Shown here: one piece after another, positions 57,681-64,000 of the stretch | Numbering within the stretch: position 1 is the stretch's first letter | How the letters are laid out: each line of letters begins with the position of its first letter | DNA from: Candidatus Eiseniibacteriota bacterium | Lineage (GTDB): Bacteria; Eisenbacteria; RBG-16-71-46; CAZAMP01 | Direction of reading: 5' to 3' | Length of the DNA: 64,000 nt | NCBI GenBank assembly: GCA_965224245.1 | Contig: OZ245046.1 | Coordinates: 608,001-672,000 of the forward strand | Notes under the pieces: model-generated | Told to the model about the DNA's origin: nothing | The model's database searches: none | The model's input: only the letters and a program-made list of their open reading frames with translations | Program-made: the position numbers and the translations under genes

Positions 57681-59039
57681 ATGAAGTCGGATCGCCCCCT
57701 CTGCTTCGTCCTGATGCCCTTCGGCGTCAAGCACGACCCGTCCGGCGGCCCCGACATCCCGTTCGACACGATCTACGAGACGGCGATCCGGCCCGGGATC
57801 GAAGGCGCCGGCATGCAGCCGATCCGGGCCGACGAGGAGCGCACCGGCGGCATCATCCACCGGGCCATGTTCGAGCGGCTCCTCCTGTGTGACTTCGCGG
57901 TCGCCGACCTGACCACGGCCAACGCGAACGTGTTCTACGAGCTCGGCGTGCGGCACGCGACCCGACCGGCCACCACGCTAGCGATCTTCGCCGAGAGACA
58001 GCCCCTGCCGTTCGACGTCCAGCACCTGCGCTGTCAGCCATACACGCTCTCCAGGAACAACCGGATGACGAAGAGAATGGCCGAGAAGAACGCGGCGGCC
58101 CTCACCGAGAGGCTGAAGGAGCTCCGCGAGCTCGTTCGAACCGGTTCGGCGACGGACAGCCCGCTGTTTCAGCTGCTCGCCGAGTACAGGGCTCCCGACA
58201 TCGCGCACCTCAAGACCGACACGTTCCGAGAGCAGGTGAGCTACTCGTCGGCGATCAAGGAGCGGCTCGCGGACGCCCGACGCGCGTCCGACGCCGACGC
58301 GATCGAGCGCGTCGAGCAGGAGCTGGGAAGCCTCGACGCGGCCGAGGCCGGCGTCCTCGTCGATCTGTTCCTCTCGTACCGCGCGGTGTCGCGCTGGGAT
58401 CTCATGGTGCGGCTGTACGATCGTCTGCCGGCCGCGCTCCGGCGCTCGGTCCTGGTCCGCGAGCAGCTCGCCTTCGCCCTCAATAGGAGCGGTGATCGAT
58501 CCCGGGCGCTCCAAATCCTGGAGGAGGTCCGCAAGGAGCAAGGCCCCAGCTCGGAGACGTGCGGCCTGATCGGTCGCATCTTCAAGGACCGATGGGTCGA
58601 GGCCAGGGAGGCCGGCAAGAAGTCACGCGCACGAGGGTTCCTCGATCGCGCGATCGACGCCTACGTCGAGGGGTTCGAGGCCGACTGGCGCGATGCCTAC
58701 CCGGGCATCAACGCCGTCACGCTGCTGGACGTCAAGGGCGACGAGAAGGCGCTGGCCCTCGAGGCCGAGCTGCTTCCCGTGGTGCGGTTCTCCGTCCGCC
58801 AGCGGCTGCGGGCGGCGAAGCCCGACTACTGGGATCATGCCACGTTGCTCGAGCTCGCGGTCCTCGCCGGCGATCGCGCCCAGGCGGAGGATGCCCTGGC
58901 GGACGCGCTCGCCGCCGTCCGTGAGTCGTGGGAGCCCGCGACCACGGCCAACAACCTCCGCCTCATCCACGAGGCCCGGCGTCGGCGCGGCGTCTCGAAG
59001 AAGTGGCTCGCAACCATCATCTCCGAGCTGGAGACGTGA
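57681..59039 (+). CDS. Nucleoside 2-deoxyribosyltransferase-like domain + DUF4071 (MAP3K TRAF-binding / TPR-S) protein
   Basis: GGAGGAG RBS; CFVLMPFG, RADEE, MFERL, ADLTTANANVFYELGVRHA; then FLSYRA, EQLAFALNR, SETCGLIGRIFKD, YPGINAVTLL, DYWDHAT, WEPATT. Confidence 0.85.
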   Translation: MKSDRPLCFVLMPFGVKHDPSGGPDIPFDTIYETAIRPGIEGAGMQPIRADEERTGGIIHRAMFERLLLCDFAVADLTTANANVFYELGVRHATRPATTLAIFAERQPLPFDVQHLRCQPYTLSRNNRMTKRMAEKNAAALTERLKELRELVRTGSATDSPLFQLLAEYRAPDIAHLKTDTFREQVSYSSAIKERLADARRASDADAIERVEQELGSLDAAEAGVLVDLFLSYRAVSRWDLMVRLYDRLPAALRRSVLVREQLAFALNRSGDRSRALQILEEVRKEQGPSSETCGLIGRIFKDRWVEAREAGKKSRARGFLDRAIDAYVEGFEADWRDAYPGINAVTLLDVKGDEKALALEAELLPVVRFSVRQRLRAAKPDYWDHATLLELAVLAGDRAQAEDALADALAAVRESWEPATTANNLRLIHEARRRRGVSKKWLATIISELET

Positions 59040-59111
59040 CCGCGCCTCGGCCGCGCCGTCGCGGGGTCACCGTCGGCGGGAGCCGAACCGACACCCACCG
59101 TGCCGACTGCA

Positions 59112-59525
59112 TCAGCGAAGCACGACCAGGCGAAGCGGCCGGCTCACGCCGTCCAGCCGCGCGTGGTACACGCCCGGCTGGACGTGGCGTCCGACCGCGT
59201 CGGTCGCGTCCCACCGGATCGCCGATGCCCCCTCGGGGGCGGTGAGTGCCGTGACCTGACGCCCGCGGACGTCGAACACGCGCAGCACACTGGCGGCCGC
59301 GAGCGTCGTCCCGAACGACACGGTCGCGTGCGTGCGGACGATCGACGGTGCCACCCGGAGGTCGATCGGTGCCGGCGCGCCCTCGGGAAGCCCCAGCGCG
59401 CCGTCGGTCACCGGAACCGATCCCATCACGACGTTGCCCTCCCGGTCACGCACGGTGTAGAGGGTCTCCGGTGCGACCGAGAGCACCGCCGACCCGGAAC
59501 CCTCGGCCGAGCGGCGCTGACTCAC
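59112..59525 (-). pseudogene. Orphan FlgD-Ig C-terminal domain without signal peptide (gene remnant)
   Basis: LRVAPS...VFDVRGRQV...WDATDAVGRHVQPGVYHARL...LVVLR; no signal peptide or cargo domain; start uncertain. Confidence 0.55.
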
Positions 59526-59789
59526 GCGAGATTCTTCGTCGGACGTAACACCATGTTGTGAGATTAGTTGTGGACTCTCGCGATGCTGGCGGGCCTGCAG
59601 CATACCGGTTGTCGCGGCGTCCTCCGAGGACCGGCACGAGTTCGCGAACTCGGCGGGTTACACATCCACTCCATCTGGCGCCTCTGATCTCGACGGCGGC
59701 TCGGCGCCAGTCCCCGGGGAAGCCCGGGTGCCGGCGGGCCGCACTCCGGAGCGCTCGCGACACTTCTCCTGACGACGGAGCAGCAAACA

Positions 59790-61102
59790 ATGATGACAGC
59801 GGCGGTGATCGGTGGTGGCGCGGCGGGAATGGGGGCGGCACGATCGCTTCTGATGGCCGGCCTCGACGTGACGTTGATCGAATCGGCCCCGCGCCTCGGT
59901 GGCAACTGCGTGGCCGACGAGGTGCGCGGAGATCCGTGCGGGCGCTACGCCGTGGATGTCGGGGTGAGCGACTTCAACCGGACGACGTTCCGGGAGTTCT
60001 CACGTCTGGTCGTCGAGCTGGGCGTCGAGACGCGTCCGATCGGCACGGACGCGAGCTTTGCCACGCCCGACGGTCGCACGCTGGCCAGCTCCCGCAATGG
60101 AAGCTGGCACTTCGCGCCCGACGTTCGCGATCCGGTCCGGTTCGTGGCCGGGATGGATCGCTTTCGGGCTCGCGCCGTGGAGGTGCTGACCGATCCGCGG
60201 TTCGCCGACTGGTCGGTGGAGCGGTATCTCGATCATCTTCGCGTATCGCCGGAGCTTCGCCGGATCTACGTGTACGCCCGCGCGATGGGGTCGTTCCCGA
60301 TGCCCGACCGGAGCCCGGCGACCTACCCGATCCGGGACCTGATCGCGTTCTGGCAGATCCACGGCGTCGTGGGCCGCGCGCCGGCCGACCGGCACGCCGT
60401 CGTCGGAGGCATGCACCGGTACACCGACGCGTTTCGCTCCTGGTTCGTCGGAGCGGGTGGCCATCTGGCGTCCGGTGCTCACGTGCAGTCGGTTCGGCGC
60501 ATCGGGGCCGGGTGGACATCCGGGCCGCCGGCGGAGATGGCCGCCCGCTGCGCTTCGGGGCCGATCGACTCGTCCTGGCCACGAGCCCCGGCGATGCGCT
60601 GGGCCTTCTCGGCGATCCATCGTCCGCGGAGCGACGCGCGCTCGGCCGCTTTCCGATGCAGCGGGCGGAGATCGTCGTGCATCGGGATCGACGACTCGTT
60701 CCCGACGACCCCGACGCATGGGGCGCGTACAACTACGTGGTTCCGGCCGGGGCACTGCCCAGGGTTCGTCCCACGATCACGTTCTTCCCCCGGGAGCTGT
60801 CGGGCGTGCCGACCCGGGCCCGCGACGTGTTCGTCACGATGAACCCGCACGTCGCGCCTCACCCGGACACGGTCGTCGCTCGTCGCCGGTTCCTGCATCC
60901 GATCGCCGGACCCCGACGCGACGAGGCGGCCGCCACCATCGAGTCGATGCAGGGGCAGCGGAACACGTGGTTCGCCGGTGCGTACCTGCGGACGCCGTTC
61001 GTCCACGAGTCGGCCATCTCGAGCGGCATCCGTGCCGCCGAGCTCGTCGTCGGCTCGCACGACCGGCGCTGGAGCCGGCGACTGGCCGGGGCCCAGAGGT
61101 AG
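59790..61102 (+). pseudogene. NAD/FAD-dependent oxidoreductase (COG2907 amine oxidase-like) split by a 1-nt frameshift
   Basis: First frame: AAVIGGGAAG, RLGG, VDVG. After about 60512 the homology continues in another frame (VDIR...DRLVLAT...AYNY...QGQRNTWFAGAY...HESAISSG). Confidence 0.8.
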
Positions 61103-61193
61103 GGGAGGATGCCGGATCGGGACACGCCCGCTGCCGGGCGGTCGCGCCGGGCTCGTCCGTGGCGAGGTTCCGGCGCGCACGGACGGCGTGCGC

Positions 61194-63578
61194 TCAGCGG
61201 AGCACCGTGATCTTCCGCGTGGCGGTGCCGATCGGGCTGTCGGCGCAGAAGAAATAGGTACCGGCGGGCACGCCGTGACCGCGATCGTCCCGGCCGCTCC
61301 ACGCGAACGTGTGGCGGCCACCGTCGTATCGATGCACGGGGAGACCCCAGACCCGGCGTCCCGCCGCGTCGAAGACGGTCACACGCACGTCGAGCGACGC
61401 CGGCAGGACCGCGTCGACGCGCCAGCCGGCCGTCGCGGGGTTCCGGCTCACGACGTCGAGCGCGAACACGGGACCGGCCACGGCCGGGACCCCGATCGGC
61501 GGCGGATCCTCCCCGGCGCACCCGCGGTCGATGATCTGGAGTCCGTCGTTCGATGCGAGATACACGAGCTGATCGGTCAGCACGGCCGCCGACACGGCGC
61601 CCCAGGTCTGGAGCCGCCGCTGCACGGCCGGAGACCGGGGATCGGACAGGTCCACGATGTCCACGAACGCGGTGGTACCGGCGATCACCTCGTCGCCGTT
61701 GAACGCGTAGTCCCCCGACACGTCCACCTCGGCCAGTGCCTTCGGATCGTCGGGGGTGGAGATGTCGTAGACGGTGGTTCCGCCGAACCACTCGTCCACG
61801 AGCATCGTCTCATCCATGACGGCGACGCTCACGAGCGAGCCCGGCCGCTCAACCACGACCTCGGCGGCGGCAGGATCGGAGACGTCGAGCACGAGCAAGC
61901 CCGCATACTGATCCGATACGTACGCATACGACCCCTGGACGGCCACGTCGCGGACCACGCCGGCGGTCGCGATGGTCTCGACGATGACGGGTGCCGCGGG
62001 ATCGGACGCGTCGATGATGTGAAGATCGCCGTCCACGGCGTACACCCAGGTACCCTCGGCGTCGACGGCGTCGGCATCGCCGGGAGTCGCGACCGACCCC
62101 ACGAGCACCGGCGCGGCCGGGTCCGACACGTCGATCACCTGGATGCCCTGGCTGTCGTCGGCGACGTACGCCGTGGTTCCGCTCGTGACCAGCCCCCGCG
62201 CCCTTCCCGGTGTGTCGGCCGCTCCGAGGAGCACCGGCGCCGCGGGATCCGAGACGTCGAACAGCTGCAGCCCGTCGTGGTTGGCCGCGCACAGCGCGAC
62301 CGGGCCGTCCAGCACGATGTCGCGAAGGACGTCGCGGGTCACGGTGAGGCTGACCGTGTGCCAGCCGTTCGGGTCGCGAAGGTCCACCGTGCGCAGCTGG
62401 CTCGTGTCCGAGCCGCCCGCGAACCCGCGACCCCCGAAGAGATCCAGGCGCGAGACGGTTCCGCCGAGGCGCAGGCCGCTGAGCGTCCTCGGAGCCAGCG
62501 GATCGGAGACGTCCACGATGGCGACGTCCCAGCCGGCCAGGTTGTCTCCGGCCAGGATGGCCCGACCGTTCTCGACGTGGACGTTCCAGCAGCTCGTGTC
62601 CTCGAGCGTGGTCACGATGAACGGCGCGTAGGGATCGGCGACGTCGACGATGGTGAGCCCGACCTGGTAGTCGGCCACGTAGGCGTAGTCGCCGTCGACG
62701 TCCACGTCGTCTGCACGGTACCCCGGCGTGGGGAGGTACGAGAGCGTCGTCACGTCGGTGGGATCACTCGCATCGAGAATGCTCAGACCGTCGGCCCACG
62801 CGAAGTAGATCAGATCACCCTGCGTGGTCGCGGCTCCGAGGCTGGCGGTGTCGGTCGAATGGACGATGGGGGCCGCCGGGTCGGTGACGTCGAGGACGCA
62901 AAGCCCGGCGGCGGTCGAGGCGATCACGTGCGTGGGGTCGAGCCACGCCATGTTGATCGTCCAGCTCACGAGCGGCGTGGTCGAGACCACCTCGGGGCCG
63001 GCCAGGGGGGTCCAGTCGATGATGACGACGCCGTCGTACCCCGACCCCACGTACGCGTACTGCTCGTCGACCACGATACCCTGCGTACACTCCGGGAGAT
63101 CCAGCGTGGCGGTCACCACCGGGGCGTCGGGGTCCGACACGTCCACGATCCGGAAGTCCGAGTTGCAGGCGACGACGAAGAGCCGATCTCCGAGGCGTGC
63201 GAAGTCCGAGTTCCGGATCGGCGCGCTGTTCGTCCGCAGGAGGCCCTCGCACGTCGCCTCGAGCGGGATCGTCCCGAGGTCCACGGTACCGACGTCGACA
63301 CCGGACGTCTCCACGCTCGCGAGGTGCGTGATGCCATCGCGATCGGCGGCGACATCCAGTAGGATCGTCTCGACCGCGCCGGAGGGCACGTCGAGCGAGA
63401 ACGTTCCAGTGGCGTCCGCGTCGGTGCTGGCGCGCAGGCTCGCCACCGTCACGTACGCGCCCGCGGCTGGCGATCCGTCGTCGAAGACGACCTGCCCGCC
63501 GAGCTCGAGTGCCACAGCGGGACGGGTTACGAGGATGACGGTGCCGAGCAGCAGGCCCCATGAGACGCAGGGCTTCAT
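61194..63578 (-). CDS. Secreted LVIVD-repeat protein with N-terminal carboxypeptidase-regulatory-like domain and FlgD-Ig C-terminus
   Basis: ATG 63578 after GGAG; signal peptide; more than 10 YAYVAD...GL.I.DVSDP..P repeats; tail RNP...FDAAGRRV...WSGRD..G..VPAGTYF. Confidence 0.9.
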   Translation of the reverse strand: MKPCVSWGLLLGTVILVTRPAVALELGGQVVFDDGSPAAGAYVTVASLRASTDADATGTFSLDVPSGAVETILLDVAADRDGITHLASVETSGVDVGTVDLGTIPLEATCEGLLRTNSAPIRNSDFARLGDRLFVVACNSDFRIVDVSDPDAPVVTATLDLPECTQGIVVDEQYAYVGSGYDGVVIIDWTPLAGPEVVSTTPLVSWTINMAWLDPTHVIASTAAGLCVLDVTDPAAPIVHSTDTASLGAATTQGDLIYFAWADGLSILDASDPTDVTTLSYLPTPGYRADDVDVDGDYAYVADYQVGLTIVDVADPYAPFIVTTLEDTSCWNVHVENGRAILAGDNLAGWDVAIVDVSDPLAPRTLSGLRLGGTVSRLDLFGGRGFAGGSDTSQLRTVDLRDPNGWHTVSLTVTRDVLRDIVLDGPVALCAANHDGLQLFDVSDPAAPVLLGAADTPGRARGLVTSGTTAYVADDSQGIQVIDVSDPAAPVLVGSVATPGDADAVDAEGTWVYAVDGDLHIIDASDPAAPVIVETIATAGVVRDVAVQGSYAYVSDQYAGLLVLDVSDPAAAEVVVERPGSLVSVAVMDETMLVDEWFGGTTVYDISTPDDPKALAEVDVSGDYAFNGDEVIAGTTAFVDIVDLSDPRSPAVQRRLQTWGAVSAAVLTDQLVYLASNDGLQIIDRGCAGEDPPPIGVPAVAGPVFALDVVSRNPATAGWRVDAVLPASLDVRVTVFDAAGRRVWGLPVHRYDGGRHTFAWSGRDDRGHGVPAGTYFFCADSPIGTATRKITVLR

Positions 63579-63639
63579 GATGTCTCCGTCGATGCGACCG
63601 GCGCGCGCGCGCCGCGGAATGTCGGGCCGCGCCCCTGGA

Positions 63640-63648
63640 ATGATATCA
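63640..63648 (-). promoter_or_regulatory. Extended -10 element for the LVIVD gene
   Basis: TGaTATCAT on the - strand. Confidence 0.4.
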
Positions 63649-63689
63649 AGCACGCCACCGGCCGACCACCGATTGCGTGGCCGCGCGTC

Positions 63690-64000
63690 ATGAGTGAACC
63701 CGACCCGACCCAGCGCACGCCTGCGGCCGCGCTCATCCTCCTTGCCGTGCTCGCGTTTCTCGTCTACTCGCCAACGTTGTTCCATGGCTTCGTCTACGAC
63801 GATCCCGGCCTGATCGCGTCCCTGGACGGCGGACCGCCGCGCCTCCACCGCATCGTGCTGTGGACGAGCGCCTGGGTCGACGCCGCGATCTGGCGGGGAC
63901 GCCCGGTCGGATTCCATCTGACGAACGTGATGCTCCACGCGGTGACCACGGCGCTCGTGGCCTGGGTGGCGACCCGGATCGGAGGACGGTCGATCGGCCG
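63690..64000 (+). CDS. TMTC-like (GT-C) membrane protein, runs off the window's right edge
   Basis: Manual translation MSEPDPTQRTPAAALILLAVLAFLVYSPTLFHGFVYDD...GFHLTNVMLHA, the FVYDD and FH..NV.LH motifs of TMTC-type O-mannosyltransferases. Confidence 0.75.
   Translation, partial: MSEPDPTQRTPAAALILLAVLAFLVYSPTLFHGFVYDDPGLIASLDGGPPRLHRIVLWTSAWVDAAIWRGRPVGFHLTNVMLHAVTTALVAWVATRIGGRSIG

Noticed and set aside
59630-59646. Sigma54 promoter (GGCAC...TCGC)
   Set aside because: GG-to-GC spacing is 9 nt rather than the required 10.
1-64000. CRISPR arrays, tRNA/rRNA genes, IS elements, prophage genes
   Set aside because: No regularly spaced DNA repeats, RNA gene signatures or transposase/integrase/phage motifs seen by eye; the repeats in LVIVD and propeller genes are protein-level.

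Overview
High-GC (roughly 70% by eye) bacterial chromosomal segment with about 50 genes and no recognisable rRNA, tRNA, CRISPR array, transposase or integrase. A lipoprotein, an Lgt homolog and a probable beta-barrel point to a diderm cell. Six proteins end in an FlgD-Ig/T9SS-like domain and two end in a [ST]W[GA]xIKS motif, which suggests an FCB-related candidate phylum such as Eisenbacteria, Krumholzibacteriota or Latescibacterota (inference). Content in order: (1) a purine-catabolism island (YgfK-like oxidoreductase, three-subunit xanthine dehydrogenase family enzyme, MocA, XdhC, NE0047-type guanine deaminase); (2) tryptophanase; (3) rhomboid protease, a secreted Cys-rich protein, and a promoter-led pair made of an 83-aa signal-peptide/Cys-Cys/TM/RRR micro-protein and an atypical Lgt; (4) a co-oriented array of small detox-type genes (GNATs, hydrolase, YciI, DUF4386, NUDIX, VOC, APH) with one internally deleted pseudogene; (5) 5-oxoprolinase, M1 aminopeptidase, lipoprotein-ABC operon, Ada/AlkA-Ogt, heterodimeric ABC exporter, GT2, GT-C/TPR, TrmB, CLC, YitJ; (6) an ~1845-aa repeated beta-propeller/DUF11 surface protein, NrnA, GT39-TPR, CoA pyrophosphatase, beta-barrel, M36/M4-like peptidase; (7) an NDT-like/DUF4071 conflict-type protein among gene remnants, an LVIVD protein and a TMTC-like gene start. 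The best candidates for an undescribed system are the Cys-Cys-CTERM micro-protein with its dedicated Lgt paralog, the two classes of C-terminal sorting signal, and the NDT-DUF4071 protein. All calls rest on motif recognition by eye; no searches were run.
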